A DNA stretch of 64,000 nt, taken from contig CAVXTM010000016.1 of assembly GCA_963764725.1 (NCBI GenBank), positions 384,001 to 448,000 of the forward strand, in the 5' to 3' direction. This document shows, piece after piece, positions 19,941 to 30,639 of the stretch (the first letter of the stretch is position 1; each line of letters opens with the position of its first letter). Made by a program: the position numbers and the translations under genes. The notes under the pieces were generated by a model. That model was not told the DNA's origin. It did not search any database and was given only the letters and a program-made list of their open reading frames with translations. The DNA is from an uncultured Gammaproteobacteria bacterium. GTDB taxonomy: Bacteria; Pseudomonadota; Gammaproteobacteria; JACCXJ01.

Positions 19941-20996
19941 TTAGGCCGCTTGTTGCAGCGAAGCCATGTCGATGACGAAGCGGTATTTCACATCGCTCTT
20001 GAGCAGGCGGTCGTAGGCTTCGTTGATCTGCCGGATGTTGATCTTTTCAATATCGCTGGTGATGCCGTGCTGGCTGCAGAAGGCGAGCATTTCCTGTGTC
20101 TCAGCGAGTCCTCCGATCAGCGAACCCGCCAGTTGGCGGCGCTGGAAGCTGAGATTAAAGGACGCTACCGGCAGGGGCTGTTCGGGAGCGCCGACCAGCA
20201 CCATGGTGCCGTCGCGCTTCACCAGGTTTAGATAGGCATTGAGATCGTGCTGGGCCGAGACGGTATCAATGATGAAATCAAAGCTTCTCGCGTGCGCCTG
20301 CATTTCCTCTTCATTCCTGGAAACAACCACCTCATGCGCGCCAAGACGTTTGGCGTCTTCGCTCTTGCCGGGAGAGGTGGTGAAGAGGACGACGTTGGCG
20401 CCGAAAGCGTTTGCGAATTTCACCGCCATGTGGCCGAGCCCGCCAAGGCCGACGATCCCGACTTTCTGTCCCTTGGAGACGTTCCATCGACGAAGCGGGG
20501 AATAGGTGGTAATGCCGGCGCAGAGCAGGGGAGCCACTGCGGCAAGATTCAGATTCTGGGGAACCTGGAGGACAAAATCCTCATCTACGACGATCATGGT
20601 GGAATATCCGCCATACGTAGTGCCCCCGGTCTGTTTTTCCAGACTGTTGTAGGTGAAAATCGGGCCCTTCTCGCAGAACTGTTCCAGATGCTCGCGGCAG
20701 CTGGGGCATTCCCGGCAGGAATCCACCAGGCAACCGATCGCCACGGTATCCCCGACTTTGAATTTGCGGACGTGATCGCCCACCGTGGTCACCTTGCCGA
20801 CGATCTCATGGCCGGGAACGCAGGGATAGACGGTATTGTGCCATTCGTTGCGGACCTGATGCAGGTCCGAGTGGCAGACGCCGCAGTAGAGGATGTCGAT
20901 CTGCACGTCACGCGGACCGGGCGGGCGGCGTTCGAAGGAAAACGGGGCGAGAGGGCTGGCGGCGGTTTGCGAGGCGTATCCAAGGGCAGCGGTCAT
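19941..20996 (-). CDS. Zn-dependent NAD(P) alcohol dehydrogenase (cinnamyl-ADH/YahK type)
   Basis: CGVCHSD, PGHEIVG, GCLVDSC, PLLCAGIT, GLGGLG, DVKYRFVID. Confidence 0.95.
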   Translation of the reverse strand: MTAALGYASQTAASPLAPFSFERRPPGPRDVQIDILYCGVCHSDLHQVRNEWHNTVYPCVPGHEIVGKVTTVGDHVRKFKVGDTVAIGCLVDSCRECPSCREHLEQFCEKGPIFTYNSLEKQTGGTTYGGYSTMIVVDEDFVLQVPQNLNLAAVAPLLCAGITTYSPLRRWNVSKGQKVGIVGLGGLGHMAVKFANAFGANVVLFTTSPGKSEDAKRLGAHEVVVSRNEEEMQAHARSFDFIIDTVSAQHDLNAYLNLVKRDGTMVLVGAPEQPLPVASFNLSFQRRQLAGSLIGGLAETQEMLAFCSQHGITSDIEKINIRQINEAYDRLLKSDVKYRFVIDMASLQQAA

Positions 20997-21177
20997 GGGT
21001 ATCTCTCCTGTTGAGGGTTAGTTTATAAGCTGTATTTCGAACAAGCAGGGGGTGACGATGCCTGATTCGGTATAGTCACTGAAACCCGAGCTATCGGGCA
21101 TCCGAATGAATTCGTACAGCACCGTGTTGCTAACATCGGGTTCGGGCAGCTATTGCCATGTTCGCCCTCGACCAACG

Positions 21178-23082
21178 TCAGACAAAGCAGTCACAGCCGA
21201 ACCACCAAGGACTTCCCATGCCATGGCCCGGAGCACAATTCCGTATCCTAGCGAGTTCGGCCGAAATTATCGCGGTCCTTTGTTGTGCAAACGCGGTTGA
21301 CCGCGTGTAGCCACCGTACGTTGCCACCGGCGACCAATCCGGGGAGACCGGCAACTGCGGCGGCGAGAACCGTTCGAAGGGCGCGGCAGCGTAGACCACT
21401 TTCCCGCCTACAATCGTGAGCACCGATTCGAGCCGCTTGATCTCCTCCTCGGGAATGGAAAAATAATCCGCCGTAAGGACAGCCAAGTCAGCCAACTGGC
21501 CGGGAACGATGGACCCCTTCTTTCCTTCCTCGCTAGAGAACCAACTGCTGCCGACCGTGAAGAGCCTTAGCGCCTCCATGCGTTCGAGGCGATTCGCCTC
21601 AGGGTAAAGCGCGAGTCCACCGATGGTTTTCCCGCTAATCAACCAATAGAGCGCAACGAAAGGATTGTAGCTCGCGACGCGGGTTGCGTCCGTGCCCGCG
21701 CCCACAGGCACGCCCAGCTCCAACATCCGGTGGATGGGCGGCGTGCGCTGTGCTTGGTTTGCGCCGTAGCGATCAACGAAGTATTCACCTTGAAAAGCCA
21801 TGCGGTGTTGGATCGCGATGCCGCCGCCGAGCGCTTTGATCCTCTCGATGTTGTGGTCCGAAATCGTCTCGCAATGATCGAAGAACCAGTGGAGATCGCC
21901 GAAGGGGATTTCGCGATTGATTTCTTCATAGACCTTCAGGGCGCGCGTGATCGTCTCGTCGTAAGTCGCGTGCAACCGAAACGGACAGCGATTTTCGACG
22001 AGATGACGGATGACTGTCTTGAGCTCCGATTCCATCACGGGCGGCATATCGGGGCGCGGCTCGAGGAAATCCTCGAAATCCGCCGCCGAGTAAACCAGCA
22101 TCTCGCCCGCGCCGTTCATCCGGTAGAAGTCGTCGCCCGCTCCGGGCTTGGTCATCTGCGTCCATTGACGGAAGTCCGCCAACTCCTGCTTGGGTTTTTG
22201 CGTGAACAGGTTGTAGGCCAAACGCACCGTCAGTTCGCCACGCTTATGAAGTTCATCGATGACTGCGTAGTCGTCCGGGTAGTTTTGAAAGCCGCCGCCG
22301 GCGTCGATCGCGCTGGTGACGCCGAAGCGATTAAGCTCGCGCATGAAGTGGCGCGTCGAGTTCATCTGGTCTTCACGCGACAGCTTCGGCCCCTTAGCCA
22401 AGGTGGAATAGAGAATACTCGCGTTGGGTTTGGCGATGAGAAGTCCGGTGGGATTGCCCCGCTTGTCGCGTTGAATTTCTCCGCCCACGGGCGCGGGCGT
22501 ATCTTTCGTATAACCGACGGCGCGCAACGCGGCGCCGTTGAGCAACGCTCGGTCGTATAGATGCAGCACGAATACCGGCGTGTCGGGCGCGGCGCGGTTG
22601 ATCTCTTCTAAGGTCGGCATGCGGCGCTCGGCAAATTGGAACTCCGTCCAGCCGCCGACCACGCGCACCCATTGAGGCGGCGGAGTGCGCTGAGCTTGCT
22701 CGCGCAGCATCCGCAGCGCGTCGGCTAGCGACGGCACGCCGTCCCAGCGCAATTCCATGTTGTAGTTGAGGCCGCCGCGGATGGGATGCATGTGCGAATC
22801 GTTGAGCCCCGGGATGACCGTCCTGCCACCGAGATCGATGACCCGGGGCGTCGCGCCTCGCAGAACCAGGATCTCTTCGTTGGATCCAACCGCCGCGAAC
22901 CGCCCGTCCTGGATAGCAAGGGCCTGGGCGAATGATCGGCGTTCATCCTGCGTTGCGATACGGCCGTTCATCAAAATCAAATCCGGCTCTCTACCTCTTG
23001 TGGCCGTACTGCATCCTCCGAACAGATGGGACACTCCCATCAATGCGGCAAGTTTAAGGATTTCTCTTCGCGTCGGTTCCAT
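21178..23082 (-). CDS. YtcJ-like metal-dependent amidohydrolase with twin-arginine signal
   Basis: TRREILK N-terminus, PGLNDSHMH, RLHATY, FDHCE, GTDATR, GQLADL. Confidence 0.88.
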   Translation of the reverse strand: MEPTRREILKLAALMGVSHLFGGCSTATRGREPDLILMNGRIATQDERRSFAQALAIQDGRFAAVGSNEEILVLRGATPRVIDLGGRTVIPGLNDSHMHPIRGGLNYNMELRWDGVPSLADALRMLREQAQRTPPPQWVRVVGGWTEFQFAERRMPTLEEINRAAPDTPVFVLHLYDRALLNGAALRAVGYTKDTPAPVGGEIQRDKRGNPTGLLIAKPNASILYSTLAKGPKLSREDQMNSTRHFMRELNRFGVTSAIDAGGGFQNYPDDYAVIDELHKRGELTVRLAYNLFTQKPKQELADFRQWTQMTKPGAGDDFYRMNGAGEMLVYSAADFEDFLEPRPDMPPVMESELKTVIRHLVENRCPFRLHATYDETITRALKVYEEINREIPFGDLHWFFDHCETISDHNIERIKALGGGIAIQHRMAFQGEYFVDRYGANQAQRTPPIHRMLELGVPVGAGTDATRVASYNPFVALYWLISGKTIGGLALYPEANRLERMEALRLFTVGSSWFSSEEGKKGSIVPGQLADLAVLTADYFSIPEEEIKRLESVLTIVGGKVVYAAAPFERFSPPQLPVSPDWSPVATYGGYTRSTAFAQQRTAIISAELARIRNCAPGHGMGSPWWFGCDCFV

Positions 23083-23104
23083 GGTGGTAAATGATACGAA
23101 CCGG

Positions 23105-23488
23105 CTACTTGTGCGCAGCCGCAGCGGCAGGAACGACGTATTCGGGGAACTTCGTCGCCGGCGCGCCGTGCACCATCGTGTAGGCGTACTCGACACCCAT
23201 GCCGTACGCGCCAAAATGGTTCTTCACGATATCACTCGAGCATCACGGAGAGCGCAGTGACCGGCTTCGCACCCGCCTGGATCACGCGTTTCATCGCGTT
23301 GTCGTGAGCCAGCTGGCTCACATCGCCGCAGCAGTCTTCGACGACGTACACTTCGTAATTGTCGTGAATGGCCTGCATGGTCGGCAGCGCCACACAGGTT
23401 CAGTCCATAGTCCGGCGAGAACAATTTATTTCTTGCCGCTCTTTTCGATGGCCACGAAGTTCTTCGCACGGCCATTGTTCTGAGACAT
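23105..23488 (-). pseudogene. YcaC-type isochorismatase hydrolase remnant
   Basis: Pieces GK(K*)IVLAGLWTE / CVALPT..YEVYVVEDCCGDVSQLAH..AM.RVIQAG / HFGAYGMGVEYAY, broken by a stop, a frameshift and deletions. Confidence 0.75.
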
Positions 23489-23527
23489 GATTTCTTCAAC
23501 CCTGTGTGCATCCCCAATTGCTCTCGC

Positions 23528-23655
23528 CTATCGATTGATGAATTCGATGAGCTTGGGAATAACCTGATCAGGCGCTTCTTCCATGAGCCAGTGCCCGACG
23601 TTGTGGACAACGACGCCTTCAACATTTGTGGGTACAAGTCCGCCTTGTTGAAGCA
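23528..23655 (-). pseudogene. C-terminal stub of an alpha/beta hydrolase
   Basis: Reads ...NVEGVVVHNVGHWLMEEAPDQVIPKLIEFINR*. Confidence 0.65.
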
Positions 23656-24209
23656 AATAGATTCTTTCACCGTGACCTCTTTGCATTTGGCAAAGAAGCT
23701 TTGTCTTCTAGTTGGTTGCGGCCAGAGGCCGCGCTAGGATTCTCAAGAGCTCTTTTTCTTCAAAAGCGAGGTTACGACTGAACCGGTCAGGTGTCAAACA
23801 CGCGCAATCTCGGTCCGGAATCGGGGGGATTTTCGGGTCGCCGGGTGGCTGTGCAGCGTTCAAGAAAAGGCGCCAAGGTACAGATTCAATCCACTCTAGT
23901 ACTTGACTGCTGCGTTTGGATCGGTCGATCGCTAGAACTCCAGGATGGCGCGACTTAGCTCGTCCGGGCATTCTTCCTGAGGGTAGTGGCCGCCGCGAGG
24001 ATTCCTCCCCGCACATTGTCACCGAGCGGTTGTATCGTCTTGAGCAGGGTGCCACCGAAGGACCTTTCCGATCTAACCATCGCGATCGGACTTACCAACG
24101 GCTACAATGGTCTTGCGATCAGCTTCCGCCACGCGCCCGACGCAAGGCCAGCGAAGTGAATGTCGCACCGCGGTCCGCGCAGCCTGAGAACCAACTCTGT
24201 GAGAGAGCC

Positions 24210-25166
24210 ATGATGTTTCCGAATACGTGCAAATCGAAGCGTAGCGAAAAAGGTTGTTGGAAGTTCCATTTTTGCATTTCTTTGTTCGCTTTGCTCCTTC
24301 TATCGGCACCTGAGATAGGGCAAGCTGCAACAGCGACCAGTCCCATTGTCTCGCACACTTCAAAGGTTGAAGGACTCAAGTTGCATTACCTGACAGCTGG
24401 TCACGGCGCACCGCTGATCCTACTGCATGGCTACACACAAACATCGCGTATGTGGAAACCGATTATCCCAATTCTTGCTGAGAAATTCACAGTGATCGCG
24501 CCCGACCTGCCGGGGATAGGAGAATCGGAGATCCCGGCGGATGGGTTGGACATGCAAACTTCCGCCATCCGCATCCACGCGCTCGCCAAGTCACTAGGTG
24601 TCGAGAAAGCGAGAGTTGTCGGCCACGACATTGGGCTGATGGTCGCCTATGCATACGCCGCGCGGTTTCCGGCGGAGGTGGAGAAGCTCGTGGTGATGGA
24701 TGCTTTTCTCCCAGGCGTGGCCGGATGGGAGACTGCGTACAATAACCCGGGTATCTGGCATTTCCGCTTCAACGGTCCGACGCCAGAAGCGTTGGTGCGC
24801 GGACGTGAGCGAACATATTTCGAACACTTCTGGAACGACTTTGCAGCCGACAAGATGCGTTCGGTTCCAGAAGCAGATCGCAGAACCTACACGGCGGCCT
24901 ACGCCCGTCCAGGACGCATGCGAGCGGGCTGGGCGTATTTCGTTTCGTTTCAGCGAGCAGCGAAGGATTTCGCGCAGCTTTCTCATACCAAACTGACGAT
25001 TCCAGTCCTTGTGATAGGCGGCGAAAAGTCCATGGGAGAATTGCTGGCGCAGCAGATGAAGCGGGTCGCTTCAGATGTGACGGTTGTTGTCCTGAAAGAC
25101 ACTGGACATTGGGTGCTGGAGGAACGTCCTATGGAGACGACCGAAGCATTGGTGAAATTCTTATGA
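24210..25166 (+). CDS. Secreted alpha/beta hydrolase, Cif-like epoxide hydrolase family
   Basis: Signal-like N-terminus; HGYTQ, DLPGIGES, GHDIG nucleophile Asp, WHF His, AYF Tyr, GHWVLEE catalytic His. Confidence 0.8.
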   Translation: MMFPNTCKSKRSEKGCWKFHFCISLFALLLLSAPEIGQAATATSPIVSHTSKVEGLKLHYLTAGHGAPLILLHGYTQTSRMWKPIIPILAEKFTVIAPDLPGIGESEIPADGLDMQTSAIRIHALAKSLGVEKARVVGHDIGLMVAYAYAARFPAEVEKLVVMDAFLPGVAGWETAYNNPGIWHFRFNGPTPEALVRGRERTYFEHFWNDFAADKMRSVPEADRRTYTAAYARPGRMRAGWAYFVSFQRAAKDFAQLSHTKLTIPVLVIGGEKSMGELLAQQMKRVASDVTVVVLKDTGHWVLEERPMETTEALVKFL

Positions 25167-25218
25167 CGCGATCGCAAGAATTACACGAAAGGCATTCATT
25201 ATGGTTGTTGAGGAGACG

Positions 25219-26859
25219 ATGTCGAAGCGGTCCTCTTCGCGACGGATAGACATGGCGCATACGAACCGACGCCCATCGGCGTGGGCGCCGCTGCGACGTC
25301 CCCTGTTTCGCGCGCTTTGGATCGCGGCAGTCGTCTCTAATATCGGGACTTGGATGCATGATGTTGGCGCGAGCTGGCTCATGACCTCGCTCGCGCCCTC
25401 ACCGCTGATGGTGGCGCTGGTACAGGCGGCGACGAGCTTACCCATGGTTTTCTTGGCGCTACCCGCGGGCGCACTGGCGGACGTCGTTGATCGTCGCCGT
25501 TATCTCATCGTCACGCAGCTTTGGATGCTCGTGACGGCGGCGCTCCTCGGCACGTGTACCTGGATCGGCATGACAAACGCGTGGCTCCTGCTTGCCTTCA
25601 CGTTGGCACTGGGCGGCGGCGCAGCGATGACCATGCCGGCCTGGGCGGCCATCTCCCCCGAGCTGGTCCCGCGGGAGGAGCTTCAGGCCGCCGTTACCTT
25701 GAATGGTCTAGGCATGAACGTCGCGCGCGCGATTGGACCTGCGCTCGCGGGCCTCATCGTCGCAGCGTTTGGGCCCGCCACGGTGTTTTTGCTAAACGCC
25801 GTGTCGTTTCTCGGCGTGCTCGCCGTGCTGTTTCGCTGGCGGCGTACCCCCCGGGAAAGCACGCTACCAGCGGAGCGTCTCTTCGGCGCCATGCGCGCGG
25901 GGTTGCGCTACGCGCGCCATTCGAAAATGCTACAAGCGGTGCTTATGCGTGCGGCGGCATTCTTCCTATTTGCGAGTGCGCCGTGGGCGTTACTGCCCTT
26001 GTTCGTGCGCCAAGAGATCGGCGGCGGCCCGGATGTCTACGGTCTGTTCTTAGCCGCGATTGGGGTGGGGGCCGTCGTCACCGCGTTTTTCCTGCCGCGT
26101 ATACGGACCAAGCTCTCCTGCGATGCCTTAGTTGCACTGGCCACGATCATCTACGCGGTGGCCGCCTTGATGCTAGCGCAGGTGCGCAATGTATACGCCT
26201 TGCATGCGGTCATGTTCGCGATGGGTGCGGGTTGGATCACGGTGATGTCCTCGCTCCAGGTCGCTGCACAAGCGGCGCTGCCCGGGTGGGTACGGGCTCG
26301 GGGTCTGGCCTGTTTCATGGTCATCTTCATGGGCGGTATGGCGGGCGGCAGCGTGCTCTGGGGGCAAATCGCAACTATCGTGGGCATGCCGCAGGCGCTC
26401 ACCGCGGCCGCCGTCGGCGCGCTCTTCGGCGTGGCTTTGACCTGGCCCATTCGCATCGGCGGTCACGAAGGCGTGGAGCTCGTGCCCTCCATGCATTGGC
26501 CGGCACCCTTGGTCGCCCAGGAACCGGAGATGGATCAAGGTCCCGTGATGATAACGCTTGAGTACCGTGTGGATGCCACGTATACGGAGCGATTTTTGAG
26601 CTTGATGCAAGGCTACCGAGCGATGCGCCGACGCGATGGTGCCTTTTTCTGGGAGTTATTTCGTGATACGGCGGATCCCTTGCGCTTCGTCGAGTGCTTC
26701 ATGGTGGAGTCCTGGTTGGAGCACCTGCGCCAGCACGAGCGCGTCACGGTGGCCGACCGCACGATTCAGGAGGAACTTAAGCGTTGCCTTTTGGGTGAGG
26801 ATTATCCCCGTGTCTCCCACTATCTTGCGGAGCCTCTCCCTCGCACTCAGAGCCGCTGA
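25219..26859 (+). CDS. MFS transporter (MFS_3/DUF894 type with C-terminal domain)
   Basis: FRALWIA.VVSNIGTWM, GALADVVDRR, ARAIGPA, RRRDGA..W, SWLEHLRQHER. Confidence 0.92.
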   Translation: MSKRSSSRRIDMAHTNRRPSAWAPLRRPLFRALWIAAVVSNIGTWMHDVGASWLMTSLAPSPLMVALVQAATSLPMVFLALPAGALADVVDRRRYLIVTQLWMLVTAALLGTCTWIGMTNAWLLLAFTLALGGGAAMTMPAWAAISPELVPREELQAAVTLNGLGMNVARAIGPALAGLIVAAFGPATVFLLNAVSFLGVLAVLFRWRRTPRESTLPAERLFGAMRAGLRYARHSKMLQAVLMRAAAFFLFASAPWALLPLFVRQEIGGGPDVYGLFLAAIGVGAVVTAFFLPRIRTKLSCDALVALATIIYAVAALMLAQVRNVYALHAVMFAMGAGWITVMSSLQVAAQAALPGWVRARGLACFMVIFMGGMAGGSVLWGQIATIVGMPQALTAAAVGALFGVALTWPIRIGGHEGVELVPSMHWPAPLVAQEPEMDQGPVMITLEYRVDATYTERFLSLMQGYRAMRRRDGAFFWELFRDTADPLRFVECFMVESWLEHLRQHERVTVADRTIQEELKRCLLGEDYPRVSHYLAEPLPRTQSR

Positions 26860-26948
26860 ATGGGATGTGGGCACTCATCGCACTGATGGCGCTTTGCGTG
26901 CTTGACGGTCGTAATGGCGCCAATATGCGAGCAAGTTACGTCGGGCAT
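26847..26948 (-). pseudogene. UBP-type zinc-finger protein, 5' stub
   Basis: MPDVTCSHIGAITTVKHAKRHQCDEC, then truncated; usual position after this TrxB type. Confidence 0.6.
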
Positions 26949-26961
26949 CGTTATCCTCCTC

Positions 26962-28386
26962 CTACTCGGACAGCACCTGATGGACGAAGGAGATCGCGAT
27001 CGAGCCCTCGCCCACTGCCGACGCGACACGCTTGATATTGCCGCCCCGGACGTCGCCGACCGCGAACACTCCGGGCAGACTCGTTTCGAGAAGATGGGGA
27101 TGCCTGGCGAGCGGCCAATGCGCGGCAGCCAAATCGTCCCGTGACAGATCCGGCCCCGTCTTGATGAAACCTTTGGCATCGAGCGCCACGCACCCATCGA
27201 GCCACTGGGTGCTGGGAACGGCACCTGTCATGACGAAAACGTGTCGGATGTCGTGGGTCTCGATGCTTCCGGCCTGATCGTCCCGCCAGCGCACGCGTTC
27301 AAGATGATTACTACCTTCGAGGGCCACGATTTCGGTCTTGGTTCTGAGGACGATGGCCGGATTCTGTTCTATGCGACGAATCAGATAGCGCGACATGCTC
27401 TCCGCCAACCCCTTCGATCGCACGAGCATGTGCACGCGTTTCGCCGTTTGTGCCAAGAACACCCCGGCTTGGCCGGCCGAGTTACCTCCGCCCACCACAA
27501 CAACTTCTTCACCACGGCACAACTGCGCTTCCATGAATGTCGCGCCGTAGTACACCCCAACGCCTTTGAACTCCGATAGGTTTTCGATTGTCGGTACTCG
27601 GTACTCGGCGCCGGTAGCGATAATGATCGTGCGCGCTTGCACGCGCGAATCGCCGTCCATCTCAATGGCGTATGGCTTGCGATCGCACACGAGGCGTTTG
27701 GCGCCTTTGGCGATGATCACCTGCGCTCCAAACTTCTGCGCCTGGGTGTAAGCGCGTCCCGCGAGCGCTTGACCCGAGATGCCGGTTGGAAAGCCAAGAT
27801 AGTTCTCGATCTTCGAACTGGAACTGGCCTGTCCCCCTGGCGAGTTCGTCTCCAGCACCAGAACATTCAGGCCTTCCGAAGCGGCGTAGACGGCCGCCGC
27901 GAGTCCCGCGGGTCCCGCGCCGACGATGACCACGTTGCGTATCAGGGTCTGGTCGATGGCGTCATTCAAACCAAGGCAGTTGGCGATCTGCTGGTTGGTA
28001 GGGTTCCGCAGCACCACCTCGCCACGACAAATCAGCACGGGTACGTCGGCGGCACTGACGTGAAACCGGTCCAGCAACGCCTGAACGTCGGCGTCACGCT
28101 CGAGATCGATGTAGGAGTACGGATGGCCGTTGCGCATCAGGAACTCTTTGACGCGGAGCGTTCCAGAGCAATGATTCGACCCGACGACCACGACATCGCC
28201 GAGCCCATGCGCGATCAACTCCACCCGGCGCACGATGAAGGCCCGCATGATGAGCTCGCTGAGCTCGCTGTCGGTCTGCACGAGCGCCAACAAGTGTTCG
28301 TGATCCAGCTCGATCACTTCGCCCGACTCACTGGCGCGCGCTCGGACAAGCACCCAGTGGCTCGAAATGGTGCGACCATCAAGCAC
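26962..28386 (-). pseudogene. cNMP-domain thioredoxin reductase-like flavoprotein, 5'-truncated
   Basis: GAGPAG, SSKIENYLGFPTGISG, GGGNSAGQ, GDVR..KRVASAVGEG. Begins midway through the cNMP domain. Confidence 0.75.
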
Positions 28387-28389
28387 TGC

Positions 28390-28708
28390 TCCGCTGGAAT
28401 CGGCATTTGGCCTTGGGCGAGCAACGACCAGGGTGGGGCGAACCGCGCCGGTGGTAGAAGCGACGACGCCAGTGCTGCGCGAGCGACTTTTTCATTGTGA
28501 ACATTTCAGGTTGTGGCGACTCCGCGGAGAATCGCTATTCACTGTCGGCGCGGCAGGCGCGCCGCGCGTGCTGGTGTGCATCGACGGCGATGGGCAGCTG
28601 GAGCACAATGGCGCCATTTATGCCGTCGGTAAAGGCGACGTACTGCTCTTGCCGGCCGTGGTCGGAGCGTGTGTCTGTCCGCCGCGGGGTACAGTGAGCT
28701 TGTTATAA
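28390..28708 (+). pseudogene. Class I mannose-6-phosphate isomerase, C-terminal cupin fragment
   Basis: RERLFHCEHFRLWRL...VLVCIDG.G..GDVLLLPAVVG, upstream of the HAD and GH130 genes. Confidence 0.6.
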
Positions 28709-28735
28709 GTTGCGCCGAATGCGGAATAAGCAACA

Positions 28736-29494
28736 ATGAAAAAGCTAATTGTTTTCGACCTGGATGGTACGCTTGCCGAAAGCAAAGCGTCTCTTGATGC
28801 CGAAATGTCAGCGCTTCTGCGTGACCTTCTCAGCATCGTCAAAGTGGCCGTCATTTCCGGAGGCGATTGGCCACAGTTCGAAAGACAACTGCTCTCCAAT
28901 CTTCCCCATGACCAACGCCTAAAGAATCTATCTCTCCTCCCTACATGTGGGACAAAGTTCTTCCGCTATGAAGGAGCTTGGGAAAAGATCTATTCAGAAG
29001 ACTTCACCGAGAACGAAAAGGAGACCATCATCAGTTCACTGAACAAGGCGCTTGAATTGTCGGGTTTCAAGTCAGGAAAGCACTGGGGAGAAGTGATTGA
29101 AGACCGGGGCAGTCAGATTACATTCTCGGCATTAGGTCAGCAGGCCCCCATTGAAGAAAAGAAAAAATGGGACCCGGATTTCGCCAAGCGGAAGAAAATC
29201 AAAGCAATCCTTGAAACCATTATTCCTGACTTTTTCGTCCGACTGGGTGGCACGACATCTGTTGATGTCACAAAGCCTGGCATCGACAAAGCCTACGGTA
29301 TCAGAAAACTCCGAGACATCCTTGGCATTACAATTAACGAGATGATTTTTATCGGGGATGCGTTGTTCCCCGGTGGCAATGACTATCCGGCCAAGGAAGC
29401 AGGCGTTGTTTCTATCCAAGTCAGAGATCCCAATGAGACTAAGCGGGTTAGCGAGGCAATCATCGCTTGTTTGGATTGTATTCAGCAACCATGA
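28736..29494 (+). CDS. HAD-IIB hydrolase, eukaryotic phosphomannomutase-like
   Basis: FDLDGTL, ISGG, EDRGSQITFSALG, GGTTSVD, GIDKAYG, GDALFPGGNDY. Visibly AT-richer than its neighbours. Confidence 0.9.
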   Translation: MKKLIVFDLDGTLAESKASLDAEMSALLRDLLSIVKVAVISGGDWPQFERQLLSNLPHDQRLKNLSLLPTCGTKFFRYEGAWEKIYSEDFTENEKETIISSLNKALELSGFKSGKHWGEVIEDRGSQITFSALGQQAPIEEKKKWDPDFAKRKKIKAILETIIPDFFVRLGGTTSVDVTKPGIDKAYGIRKLRDILGITINEMIFIGDALFPGGNDYPAKEAGVVSIQVRDPNETKRVSEAIIACLDCIQQP

Positions 29495-29512
29495 TCTTTG
29501 TGAGGAGAGTCG

Positions 29513-30616
29513 ATGCCTGGATTTCAGTTGCAGCGCCTTGGGTTGGTGATGGAGCCGGAGCCGGGCAATCCGCTGGAGGTCGAAGGCGTCCTGAACCCAG
29601 CTGCCGTTCGTGGCCCTGATGGTCAGCTTTACCTCTTCCCGCGGCTGGTCGCGCGGGGCAATTACTCGCGCATCGGCATCGCACGCGTGCGGTTCAATGA
29701 GGCCGGCGACCCGACGGGCGTCGAGCGGCTCGGTATTGCACTGGAGCCCGAAGCGGATTACGAGCGGCGACCCGACGGTAGCGGCGGCTGCGAGGATCCG
29801 CGTATCACGTTTGTCGAACCGCTCCAGCGCTACGTGATGACTTACACGGCGCTTTCGCCGGAAGGCCCACGGATCGCCCTGGCGGTATCCGAGGACCTGT
29901 TCCACTGGCAGCGCCTGGGGCTGGCGACCTTCCGGCCGTATGACGGCATCGAGTTCGACGGCGTGGACAACAAGGACGCCAGCGTCTTCCCTGTCGCCAT
30001 TCCCGATCCATCCGGACAACCGGCAATGGCCATCCTCCACCGGCCGCTCTTTCCCGGGACTCGTCCGGAGGAAACGGCGTGCCACCCTGCGTCCCGCTTG
30101 GTGGATCTCCATCGCGAAAGCATCTGGATTTCCTATTGCCCAACGGCCATGGAGGACTGTGAGCCGTATCACCTCTGCCACTTTGGCTCGCATCACCGGC
30201 TGGCCACTCCGGTGGCGCCCTGGGAGCGGCTCAAAATCGGCGGCGGCACTCCGCCCATCCTGACCCGGCACGGTTGGCTGATCATTTACCACGGCGTCAG
30301 CGAAGCCTGTCGGAGCCTGACCGAATCGACGGACGCAAACTGCGCTACTCGGCTGGGGTCATGGTGCTCTCGGAGGAGCATCCGCGCGCTCATCCGCTAT
30401 CGTTCGCCGGAGCCAGTGCTGACGCCGGAGTTGCCGCAGGAACGCCAAGGGATCGTCGCCAACGTCGTGTTTCCCACCGGCATCGATCGGCGCGACGATC
30501 TCGGCTCGCCGGATCGCTTCGACGTTTATTACGGGATGGCCGACAACCGGATCGGCGTGGCGCGCCTTGACCTGCCGGAATGCCTGCCGCCAGGGGCCGT
30601 CGCCGACCGCCCGTAA
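29513..30616 (+). CDS. GH130-like glycosidase/phosphorylase (compensating frameshifts at ~30300-30390)
   Basis: GVLNPA, GCEDPR, NKDA, LHRP, KIGGG.PP, IIYHGV, NVVFPTG, YYGMAD. YSAGVMVL lies in another frame. Confidence 0.82.
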   Translation: MPGFQLQRLGLVMEPEPGNPLEVEGVLNPAAVRGPDGQLYLFPRLVARGNYSRIGIARVRFNEAGDPTGVERLGIALEPEADYERRPDGSGGCEDPRITFVEPLQRYVMTYTALSPEGPRIALAVSEDLFHWQRLGLATFRPYDGIEFDGVDNKDASVFPVAIPDPSGQPAMAILHRPLFPGTRPEETACHPASRLVDLHRESIWISYCPTAMEDCEPYHLCHFGSHHRLATPVAPWERLKIGGGTPPILTRHGWLIIYHGVSEACRSLTESTDANCATRLGSWCSRRSIRALIRYRSPEPVLTPELPQERQGIVANVVFPTGIDRRDDLGSPDRFDVYYGMADNRIGVARLDLPECLPPGAVADRP

Positions 30617-30639
30617 CAAAGGTCTGGACATTATGACTA

